This document shows, piece after piece, positions 51,479-64,000 of a stretch of DNA of 64,000 bases. The DNA comes from Salpingoeca rosetta (lineage: Eukaryota; Protista; Choanoflagellata). The notes beneath the pieces are model-generated. The model saw nothing but the letters and a program-made list of their open reading frames with translations. It did not search any database and was not told the origin of the DNA. The DNA lies in NCBI GenBank assembly GCA_033442325.1, contig JAWQFM010000005.1, forward strand, positions 2,211,772 to 2,275,771. The letters are read 5' to 3'. Made by a program: the position numbers and the translations under genes. How positions within the stretch are numbered: position 1 is the stretch's first letter; every line of letters starts with the position of its first letter.

Positions 51479-53499
51479 AGACATTCAATTCTGGCGCAAC
51501 CGCAAGAGCATGGAAGGGCTGAGCCTGCGTGCGCTCATCACGTCGCTCGTGTTCCAAGTCATCATCCTGCTCTATCTGTTCGACCACACGGACACATCCT
51601 GGCTCATCCTCGCCTCCTCCGCTGTTGGCGTTCTCATTCAGGGGTGGAAGGTGCGGGGCATTTGCACTTGTGTGATGTGTTGTGCAGTTGCATTTGTTCG
51701 CGTTTGGTTGGTTTTCGATTGTGTTTATGCGGCTGGATAAGCAGTTGTTCGCCATGCCCAAGAGCCCACCTCTCACATTTACAGCTCACACACACACACA
51801 CACACACATATACACGTGCCAGATCACACGTGCTGCTGACGTCAGCGTTTCCAAGACGAGCCGCGTGCTTGGCATTTTCCCGCGCGTGTCCATCAAGGGA
51901 AAAGCAGACTACAAGTCCACGACAGAGGCATACGACCAGGTGTGGCTAGCACTCTGTGTGCGTGCGTGTGTGTGCATGTGTGTGTGTGTGTGTGCGTGTG
52001 TGTGTGTGTACATGTGTGTGCGTGCGTGTGTGTGTGTGCATATGTGGTTCTTTTCGTGCACGTGAATGTGTTCGTGGCCGTTTTGTCGATGTTCCCAACA
52101 ACTCATGTCCCACTCGAATCTTAACCACCTACCACCCCCCCCATCCCCCAACATTGTGGCAGCTCGCGTTCAAATACCTGTCGTGGGTGATGGCGCCTCT
52201 GTTTGTCGGATACGCTGTGTACTCTCTCGTGTACAATGAGCACAAGGGCTGGTACTCGTACGCCATCAACATGCTCGCCGGCGCAGTGTACACGTTCGGT
52301 GCGTTTCCTGGGGTGGAAGTAGTGTAGGGAGGGGATGAGAGTAGAGGGGAACGAGAGTATGTGAGTGCGTGTATGTGCGTGTATGTGAGTGCGTGTATGC
52401 GTGTATGTGAGGGAGTGTGTGGTGTGTGTGGTGTGCGTGTTTTGTGTAATGTGGTGTAGTGTGTTGTCTGCTCGTGGTGTTGTGTGGCTGGTTGGTTTTT
52501 TAACTCTGCATGTCTTTGTGCGTGGTCCTTGCGTGTCCGTTGTTCATTTGACAGGTTTCATTCAGATGACGCCCCAGCTGTTTATCAACTACAAGCTCAA
52601 GTCTGTGTCGCACATGCCGTGGAGGGTCATGACGTACAAGTTTCTCAACACCATCGTCGATGACCTCTTTGCCTTTGTCATCTCCATGCCGACAATGCAC
52701 CGGCTCGCCTGCTTCCGCGACGGTGTGTGTATGTGTGTATCTATGTGCGTGCGTGCGTGTGCGTGTGCGTGTGCGTGCGTATTCACGCTTGCGTGTGTGC
52801 GTGTGTGTGCGTATTCATGCTTGCGTGTGTGTGTGTGTTGCGTATTCATGCTTGCGTGTGTGCGAATCCATTCTTTTGATGCATTTGACTGCGCCTGTCG
52901 AATCGTGGTTGTTTGAAATACCATGTCACGTCACGTTCTGCCCTCACATCACGTGTCTGTCACGTGCGTGCGCATCCCCAGACATTGTGTTTCTTGTGTT
53001 CCTGTACCAGCGCTGGATCTACCGGGTGGACCCAAACAGGCGCGGCGAGTACGATATCCCCGACCGTGATGGTGATCATGATGAGCAGCAGAAACAGAAG
53101 CAGAAGCAAGTTGATGGGGCAACCACAGAGGATGCCGATACAGGCAACACCAGTACCAACAGGCATGTTCCGCATACTCGCTCACACCCACTCACTCACA
53201 AGACTCACCCACTCACACCCACACTACACACACACACACACTCACTCACGTGCAAGGGCTTGTGCCTGCATGCAACCCGCTGATCGCTGATTCTTTGATC
53301 TTTTCAATGCGTTCCTTCTCTCTTTGGCTGCAGAGGTGACACGGAAGAGAAGCATGAAGCGACCGCGGCACCAGCAAGCAGCAAGGCGTCAGAGAAAGAT
53401 GGCGGCACGAGCAGCACCGACAGCAACGAGAAAGAGGACACTGGCGCGTCTCGTGGCGTGCGAAGACGACGACAACCGGCGCGCAAGGCAACGGAGTGA
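49495..53499 (+). CDS. CLPTM1: CLPTM1 family multi-pass membrane protein, multi-exon
   Basis: NGTLYVHAYV, VAHWHGNLTL, YTPPLVHNDFWDLRENMQEINAT, MLLETNPYYLGLTMTVSLLHTVFDWMAFKN|DIQFWRNRKSMEGLS, AFKYLSWVMAPLFVGYAVYSLVYNEHKGWYS, GFIQMTPQLFINYKLKSVSHMPWRVMTYKFLNTIVDDLFAFVISMPTMHRLACFRD|DIVFLVFLYQRWIYRVD. The last exon is uncertain; an unspliced reading stops at 53283. Confidence 0.93.
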
Positions 53500-53952
53500 G
53501 GCGGAGAGGGTACACACACATAGGGTCAGACTAGGGATTGGTGTGTGTGTGTGTGAGAGAGTGTGTGTGTGTGTGTGTGTCAGTGAGAGAGAGAGAGAGT
53601 GTGTGTGTGTGTGTGCGTGCGTACTGCGTGATAGCGAGTGCTGCTTTGCTGCTTCTCTCCCATTGTTAGTTGTTTGTGGTTGTCCTTTATTGGGGGCACT
53701 CAATACACATCTTTTAACGGACCCTTTCGCTTCACAGCGCATGCCAACGCACCAGCCAATTCTTGCTTCATATTCACATCAAAGCCAATGCAATGCGGTC
53801 GAGCAAGGGAACACAGGCTCACACAGCCAAGGAGACAGGCACACACACACAGACACACAGAGAGACACACACACACATACACCAACTCACACATACACCA
53901 ACTCACATGCACCAACTCACGCACACATACACCAACTCACACATGCACCAAC

Positions 53953-55507
53953 TCACACGGTGCTGGATGAGATGCTGTATGTGCGCCCAGCGCTGCCATC
54001 GTTCCGAACGGCAATGTTCGCTGCGTGCGAGGGCGCGTTGCTGTGTGTCGGGTGGCGGCTCGGGCTGTTCGATTCCGCGAGGGCAGCGGCCAGCGCCTGC
54101 GTCTTGACATGGTCAACCTCTGCATAGTCAGTCTTGTCGGTGGTCTCTGTCGCCATGGTGAGGGGGCGGGCGTAGTCTCCCGATGCGCCATCATCACGCG
54201 TGTGCTTCAGCGTTAAGTATTGGACCTGGGGTACAGGCCCTTGGGTGGATTGCAGCGTGTCTGATTGACTTTGCTGTCTATCGTGGCTGGGATACTGGCC
54301 CTGATGGAGGATAGCATCTTCCCGGCATCCGCCCGACCGTGAGCGCATGTGTGAAGGTGAATGCATCGTTGACTGGCTCCCGTCATCTGTTACTGTCGCT
54401 GCCGAAGGCGCCGAGCGCGCGTTGCTGTGCCGGCTGTGGTGGCTGGCGTCACTTGCGCCACTTGCACTTGCTATTGACTTTGCGTGCCGTGCATGCGCCA
54501 CATCGCGGTGGTTGTGGCTTCGCGCAGCAGTGGTGTGGCTGGCATCCTCGGAGCTGTCATCTCTGCTGCGGGCATCAATGGTGTTGTTGGTGTTGCTGTG
54601 GGTGTTGCTGTCGGTGTTATCGCTGGCATTGCTAGTGTCTGTTTGTGTAGCACCCTGGAGGCGGTTGGTGGAATACGTATCGGTTGAGTCCCACTCCATG
54701 GCAAAGAGCTCCTCGGCGTGTCGTTGCTTCTCTGCACGCGCTTGCTCTTCAGCCCTCGATGCCTTGCGGATGATGCGGACTGCATACATGACGGCAACAA
54801 CACACGCGATTGCCCCGAGCGCAAGCAGGACACTCCCTGCCATTGGTGAAGCACAGGAGGCCGAGACATGATTGAGGTGCAGAGTGAGCGACAGTTGGGT
54901 GAGCGAGGGAAGGTGCTTGGCGCTGCTGCGCTGGCACAGCAACAAGGGCGCAGAGAGGAAGGGCTTGCGTGGAAGCACAGCAAACTGCACCACTCCCTGA
55001 CACATGCATACACGCATGCACACACACACATGCACACACATGCACACACATGCGCACACATGCGCGCGCGCGCACACACACACACACACACGCACACACG
55101 CACATACACACACACATATGCACACCTGTGATGAGCCACACATCTGGCCCGCCGTTTCCGGTGCTGTCTGAGTTGCCATTGCTGGTGTTGTTGGTGCCAT
55201 CCTCATTGGACCCCGTATGATTTGATGTGCCTGAGGATCCACAGTACGTCTCGTTGGCCAGGCACCTTCCAGCAAGGCAGCCGCTCAGGCAGGCGTCAGA
55301 CACACACGCGCGTGTGCAGTTGGTGGTGTCTGGGGAGACGACGGCGCTTGTGCACGCGACCAGGCACGTGTTCAGCGCAGAGTCTGTGAGCCCTTCATCC
55401 CGGCACTTTGTCGCGCAAGTTGCGCCCACTGCCGCCGGCGCCACAGCCAAGGCCACCAACACAGCCAAGATCACGCCTGTTGGCGATGCCATCGCACCCT
55501 TCCTCAT
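53953..55507 (-). CDS. Orphan type I membrane protein: signal peptide, small Cys-rich ectodomain, TM helix, disordered tail with tandem tyrosine motifs and C-terminal PDZ-binding STV
   Basis: Two exons, 55507-55126 and 54836-53953; the phase-1 GT-AG intron 55125-54837 keeps frame. Signal MASPTGVILAVLVALAVAPAAVGA; 11-Cys ectodomain; N-glycosylation-rich stalk; TM VWLITGSVLLALGAIACVVAVMYAV followed by RIIRK; tail motifs VQYLTL, DYARPL, TDYAEVDHVKTQAL and ...SSSTV*. Confidence 0.82.
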
Positions 55508-55907
55508 CGCTCAAGCTTGCCTGCAGGCATCCGCCTTGCTTGTGCTGTATGTGTGGGTGGTGGTGGATGGAGGTGAAGGGGTTTGTTTGTTGTTGTGCTT
55601 TGCTGTGTTGCTGCATCATCAAACAAAACTGTGCCTGACAAACCAGATGCAGAAACGAGGCATCGTTGCCCGGTAACGAAGAATGTTGGTGGTCATTGCT
55701 GCAGTTGTTGTTGTTGTTGTTGTTGTGGTGGTGCTCAAGCACGCAGACACACAGACACACCCTCTCATCCTGCAGCCCATGCACCATCCCTGTTGCTTCT
55801 TGTTCCTTTCAATGAAAGTTCACAGCGTAAGCTCAACACACACACACACACACAGACAGACAAACAGACAGACACACAGACACAAAGGCGCGTGGCGTGC
55901 GCCATTG

Positions 55908-58574
<2,667 letters not shown>

Positions 58575-58800
58575 CCTTGCGTGTGTGTGTGTATGAGCTG
58601 TGCTGCGATGACTGAATGGCGTTGTGACTGTGCTGCGTTGACCTTGGGCTTGCGGTCGTTCCACGCCAACCAACCAACAACAACCAAACCAAAAAGAGCG
58701 CTGACTGCTGGCGTTGCCTGTATCCGCTACTTTATGTGATGTCGTAATTGGTTGGCGGGAGAACGACTGGATTTGGAAGAGCAGCAGACACAGGCAAGGG
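58575..58800. promoter_or_regulatory. Putative bidirectional promoter between NKAP and GT90, with adjacent reverse CCAAT (ATTGG) and an E2F-like TTGGCGGGA
   Basis: Divergent ATGs ~226 bp apart; sequence AATTGGTTGGCGGGAGA at ~58746-58762. Confidence 0.4.
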
Positions 58801-60570
58801 ATGATGCACGGAAGCAGTAGCAGTGGCGGTGGTGGTGGTGGCGGTGGCGGTGGCAGGCCTGTTCGTGACGTGTTCAGCAACAGCAGGGGGAGTAGAGGCA
58901 GAGGGGTGCGGACAGGGAAGAGAACACAGCGCATGTACGTGCAGGTTGGAGGTGTGGTGGCGGTGTTGCTAATGTGCATTGTGCTGCTGTATGTGGGAGG
59001 GAGCGGGGACAGCCGCTCCTGTCACGCCACAAACTCGTGTGCCAAGCAAGTGCGCCACAAGGAGGCCCTGCCGTTCTTCAACCAGGACGACGACGGCGAT
59101 GACGACGGCCTGGAGACGGACGATGACGTGCCCCTCCTTCCCGACGAGGCTGCCAAGGATGATGGTGGAGACGATGACCGTCATCAAGCGAGTACCGATG
59201 CAAGCGCCAGCAGCAAGCTCAGCAGGAGGAAACACCAACAGCACCAACAGGAGGAGCAACAACGCCAAGAACAACGCCAAGAACAACGACAAGAGCAACG
59301 ACAAGAGCAACGACAAGAACAGCAGCAGCAACAACAGCAGCAGCAACAACAGCAGCAGAAGCAGCAAGAACAAGAACAAGACCAGGACTTGTCCAACGTC
59401 AAGGTTGGCCCCTCAGGTGCTCGCATCACGCTGACCAATGACGACCTTGAAGATTCGGTGGCGCAGATGCACGGCTTGTACCGCAAGAAGTGCGCTTTCG
59501 ACTGGTCCTCCGTCGTGGACCTGCAGCTGAAAAACTGGCTCGACACCGGCATCACCATGAAGCAGGTGGACGACCTGTGCGTGCGCAAGTCGATCCGCAT
59601 CAGCGTACGCGGCGCAGAGGTGCGGCACATCGCCTGGAACCTGCCGGGCAACAACGCGCACCGCGTGGCCTCCGCCTTCTGGCTCATCCAGCTTGCCGTC
59701 AACCGCGCCATCGCCCGCGGCAGGCCCATCCCAAACCTGGAGATCAACCTGCAGCCCGGGGACGGCACGTACAGCACGGCGCGGCTGCAGTGGGAGAGCC
59801 CGGGCCCGCTGCTGTCCAACGCCAAATGCGCGGGTGACGCCTCCGTCTCCTTCCCCATGACGCTGCACGACCAGTTTGGGCTCGGCGACGGGCAGATGGG
59901 CATTGGCGTGTGGGAGCGCCGCAAGGAGCAGTTGGAGGCCCTCGATATCCCCTGGGCCGACAAGCACCCCTCGCTCTTCTTCAGCGCGGGCGCAGGCGCC
60001 ACCACCCGCGGCAACCGGGCAAACCTGTTCAAGATCAAGTCGCCGTACGTGAGCGTGGTGCCGAGCCCGCGGCCACTGTCCGCGTATGGGGAGTACCAGT
60101 ACCTCGTGTATGCGTTTGGTCACTGCGGATGGTCGCGGCGCCTGCACGAGCTCGCATTCCTGCGTGCGGTGGTGCTCATGGAAGACTCGCCGTGCCGCGA
60201 GTACATGCACCACGCCTTTGACGCCGACCGCGACTACGTGCCCGTGAATGAGGATTTCTCGGACGTGGAGGCGGCAATGAACCGGCTGGTGAAGGACCCC
60301 GAAGAGGCCGCCGCCATGGCCGAGCGCTGGGTGACGAAAGGCCGCACGGTGCTCTCGCTGCCGTGCACGCTGCAGTATGTGGAGGATTTGCTGCGGCGAT
60401 ACGCGGGCCTGCAGCGGTTTGAGCCGCCGCCACGACCAGAGTGGACGCTGTATGAACTCAACAGCGGCGCAGAGCACTTTCGGCAGACGGGCAAGGAGGG
60501 CGACCCCATGCTGTGCACGTTCCAGCCGCCGCGCGACCAGTCCCCAAACACCCGCTCGCACGAGTGCTAG
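58801..60570 (+). CDS. Glycosyltransferase family 90 (CAP10 / POGLUT-like) type II membrane protein, single exon
   Basis: Short basic cytosolic N-terminus; TM VGGVVAVLLMCIVLLYV; acidic and Q/E-rich stem; IPNLEINLQPGD, IPWADKHPSLFF, YQYLVYAFGHCGWSRRLHEL...VVLMEDSPCREYMHHAFDADRDYVPV...LQYVEDLLRRYAGLQRFEP (GT90 C-terminal pattern). Confidence 0.85.
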   Translation: MMHGSSSSGGGGGGGGGGRPVRDVFSNSRGSRGRGVRTGKRTQRMYVQVGGVVAVLLMCIVLLYVGGSGDSRSCHATNSCAKQVRHKEALPFFNQDDDGDDDGLETDDDVPLLPDEAAKDDGGDDDRHQASTDASASSKLSRRKHQQHQQEEQQRQEQRQEQRQEQRQEQRQEQQQQQQQQQQQQQKQQEQEQDQDLSNVKVGPSGARITLTNDDLEDSVAQMHGLYRKKCAFDWSSVVDLQLKNWLDTGITMKQVDDLCVRKSIRISVRGAEVRHIAWNLPGNNAHRVASAFWLIQLAVNRAIARGRPIPNLEINLQPGDGTYSTARLQWESPGPLLSNAKCAGDASVSFPMTLHDQFGLGDGQMGIGVWERRKEQLEALDIPWADKHPSLFFSAGAGATTRGNRANLFKIKSPYVSVVPSPRPLSAYGEYQYLVYAFGHCGWSRRLHELAFLRAVVLMEDSPCREYMHHAFDADRDYVPVNEDFSDVEAAMNRLVKDPEEAAAMAERWVTKGRTVLSLPCTLQYVEDLLRRYAGLQRFEPPPRPEWTLYELNSGAEHFRQTGKEGDPMLCTFQPPRDQSPNTRSHEC

Positions 60571-61319
60571 GCGCAATGATGGTGGTGGCAGAACATAGGG
60601 TGTTAGGAGAAGAAGAAGGGAGAAAGGAGGGATGTGCAAGGGGAGGGACCGTCGTGGGCATTGGTTGATATGTATCATGCAGCACCGTGTGCCCTGTGCT
60701 GTGTATGGTGATTCTGCGTGGATAGCGAGGTGGAGGTGTCGACTTAGCTTGTTCGTCTTGGCAGAGACCAGCACGCGTCATGTGTACGTGTGCGTGTGTA
60801 CGTGTGCGTGTGTGCGTGTGCGTGTGCGTGTGTACGTGTGCGTGTGCACGTGTGCACATTGCGTCATTGTTGTTGTGTACGTGTGTGTACGTGTGTGTAC
60901 GTGTACGTGTGTGTACGTGTACGTGTGTAACATGTGCGTGTTGTGTTGCGTTGTGTTGCATGGCGCTGTCCACAATGTGACCGTGCAAGTACACAACAGC
61001 ATCCAACTCGTTGGTGCAACAGTCGGTTTACTGGGTCATCACAAGGCACGTGGGGGCACCAACCGCAACAACAATTGGAAACATGATATGGGACACCGTT
61101 GTGAAGAGTGATGTGTAACAGCTGTTAGTAGTCTTCAACAGCAAAGCACGCAATTGCAACAATGGAACAACATCAACCACGACGACGACAACAGCAACAA
61201 CAACAACAACAACAACAACAGCAACAACGTCGTCAACTGCAACAGCCATAGCGGCGGGCCATGCGAGTTGCCCACGCGTGCACATGTGTGCGTATGCGTG
61301 TGCGTGTGCGTGGAAGTGC

Positions 61320-62198
61320 TCAGCTCTCTGTTGCCACCTCGACACGCGGCACGACGTCCTTTGCAAACGCGCCCTCCTCCACCATCACTGCATAGCGTGC
61401 CCGGTGCACGGGGTCAACCCCTTCGTCCTTGTTCGCCGCATACAGCTGGCAGCCGTGTGGCGGTGATGTGGTGCGCCATGATGGTGGTGAAGTGTGTTGA
61501 TATGAGACGTGGTGATGGCTGTATGTTGTAATGAACGGGTCAGCTGACGCGAGCACACGAGAGCCAAAAGTCAATCCGAGCCAACAACAAGCGTGAATTC
61601 ATGCACATGTGCGCAACTGCACCCTGGAAGACAACACCAGACAACCCACCGAGGCAATCTTGTGTCGGAGCTTTGTCACCTCATACGAGCGCACGCTGTT
61701 GCGATCAGTGGCCTGCTCGTAGAACGCCGGCTGCGAATCAAGCATCTGGTGGTGGTGGTGGTGGTGACGATGATGAGGATGTGTGTGTGTGGGGGGGGGA
61801 GTTTGCGGCTGGGCTGAGTACGGAAGAGCGCTATCGAATTTCATTCAACGCGCGCACACAGGCACGGACACAGACATAAATACGCAAACACACGGAAACA
61901 CATGGGTTCTCCAACCTTGCGGCCCCATGCGTGATGGCAGATGCCTGCAAGCACGGCGTGGGCGGCGGTATTGACGTCCTCAAACGCGGCCTTCATCAGG
62001 TGGACAAGGCGCGACAGCAGCCGCTCTGGCATTGCCAGGATGGTTGGTGGGTGGGTGGTGAAGAGGAGGGTGAGGAGGGGGGGATGGCAGCTGAACGCAG
62101 TGAGCTGATATGTTTGTGGTCGTTGAACACACAGATTGAGCTAGACAAGTACGTTCACACAAGTAGACACAACAACACACACACACACGCACGCACAC

Positions 62199-62265
<67 letters not shown>

Positions 62266-63200
62266 GCCGCACCTCCATTGAAGACATGTTCGTTGACAAT
62301 TTGAAACGCGCGCTCAGAGCCAGCCTGAAGTGTGTGCGTGTGTGTGAGTGAGTGAGTGTGAGTGTGTGAAAGGATCACGCGTAGTGCTGCGCAAGAGAAT
62401 GGCGGATGTAATCAGCGGCACGACGCAGGGCGAGACATGAACAGGATGCTGTGACCCACCTCTGACAGCCGTGTGAATGTCGCCGCAAGACAGTGGAGTG
62501 CATGCACCTTCAATTCGCACACGCAACACATCAGAGGGGAAATGTTTTCGTCAGCACAACAACGTGTCACCACTGCAAGGCCCTTCACACAATCACACAC
62601 ACACACGCGCGCACACACACGCACACACACACAGATACACAGACACACACACACAGACACACACACACACACACAAACGCAAACAAACAAAGCGTTCATT
62701 CATCCGTCCCTCCCTGAATGTGGGCGCACCTGCACCTCGGACTGGCCGCCGAGCGACGCTGCCCGCGTCATGTTCTCGAGCGCTGTGCCGTAGTGCGCGT
62801 TGGCCAAGATGGTCCCTTCATTTGCGGTGCACAGTGCAAGGTCGGCTGTTGCACTGAAGGCACTCGCCTGCACACGTGTGTGCGATTTGGTGCGTGCACA
62901 TGTCATGACATGATTTTGTGTGTATGAGGTGGAAGCGATAAAGCGGTGTTCCGATTACATGTGCAAGTCGCAGACTGCCCTTGTTCACTTCACAGACAAC
63001 TCAATACCTTAACGGGCTGGTTGGCAGAGGCCGTGTACTGGGCGAGGTGCTTCATCACGTTGCATTCTGCATCCAGCTTCTCAAATGCTCCCTGTCGTCA
63101 TCAATCAATCAAGCGGTTGGCAGCACGCCATGGTTTTGTGACCACTGGCCGAGACGTTGATCCACTCAACCCTTGGTACACAGCATACGCACACACACGC

Positions 63201-63251
<51 letters not shown>

Positions 63252-63858
63252 CACACACCGTCGCGCCATGCAAGTATCATGTGGGTTCAGACAGCACACC
63301 CACACGTGTACATGTGTGTGTGTGCGAATGCCACCCAATCCAACAGCCATACCTCGAACTTGAGAGCGTGGGCAGCAAGCTCCAGCATGGAAGGGACGCG
63401 TGATGTCATGACGTCTCCTTCGTGACCAGCGTCCAGCACTTTGTTCATGGCATCTGTCAGACCAGCTTCCAGCAGAAGGTCGAGCTCCACCTTCGACTTT
63501 AAGTGCTGTTCACATCCACATCCACATGACATGGCACAACGGTATAAGGGCCAGCAACACGGAACGTGCGTGCGCGTGTGTGTTTATCTTTGTGTGAGTC
63601 AGAATGCCAGAAGTTTTGCTTGCATTCGAGCTCCATGCTCCATGCTATGACGGCCACACAACCACCATCTTGTCATGACAAGAGCAGGGGCTTGTCTTTT
63701 TTTTTTTTTTTTGAACACACCTTCTTGATGACTTCAACAGCGTACACGGCGAGAAGGTCGTCGCCATCCTTGGCGATGCCGTTGACAACTGCGCGGGCAG
63801 ACTCGAGGTTGAACTCCTCGCCTGCCTCGATCGACTCCAAACTGGGATGGTCCGACAT
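61320..63858 (-). CDS. PSMD5: 26S proteasome base-assembly chaperone PSMD5/S5b (Hsm3)-like HEAT/ARM protein, multi-exon
   Basis: C-terminal exons LVHLMKAAFEDVNTAAHAVLAGICHHAWGR|MLDSQPAFYEQATDRNSVRSYEVTKLRHKIA|...VEEGAFAKDVVPRVEVATES* resemble the PSMD5 C-terminus as I recall it (QPFPELHCAA...IANQPWAQK...GFVEYVVDRS...KYELVK...EGPYY). The N-terminal exons are helical. Confidence 0.6.
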
Positions 63859-64000
63859 GGTGTTGTGCTGTGCTGTGCTATGCTGTGCTGTGCTGTGCTG
63901 TCTTTCTGCCCTCGTTCTTGTTCTGTGCTCTGTCTGTCTGTCTGTCTGTCTGTCTGTCGTGAACAGCTTCGTTGAATCGTTGGAGCGAGGTTGACTTTGA

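Noticed and set aside
60556-60570. GT90 C-terminal SHEC as a KDEL-like ER retrieval signal
   Set aside because: The terminal Leu is missing and the protein already has a type II anchor.

Overview
This is intron-rich eukaryotic genomic DNA. GC-rich exons alternate with short introns full of (GT)n/(AC)n/(AAC)n microsatellites. Gene content and style point to a choanoflagellate such as Salpingoeca rosetta (inference, not checked by search). I can reconstruct 11 genes: (1) the 3' ~4,970 codons of a giant Cys-repeat (GCC2/GCC3, ephrin-receptor-like) single-pass membrane protein with a long cytoplasmic coiled coil; (2) DNAAF5/HEATR2; (3) a signal-peptide-bearing JmjC dioxygenase with an EF-hand-like loop; (4) a CYP4-clan P450 head-to-head with it, broken by a 100-N gap; (5) an ankyrin-repeat/GH20 hexosaminidase fusion; (6) a PTB-like protein; (7) CLPTM1; (8) an orphan type I membrane protein whose tail resembles the Gab1/DOS tandem-tyrosine SHP2-activating module and ends in a PDZ ligand; (9) NKAP; (10) an intronless GT90/CAP10 glycosyltransferase; (11) a compact PSMD5-like gene. 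Best leads are the transmembrane Gab-like adaptor, the polarised GT(5')/AC(3') intron repeats that often replace the polypyrimidine tract, the giant receptor with a pseudo-zincin tail, and the apparently cytosolic ANK-GH20 fusion. Most listed ORFs are microsatellite or antisense artefacts. I found no RNA genes, CRISPR arrays or transposase/RT genes. Exon boundaries were read by eye.
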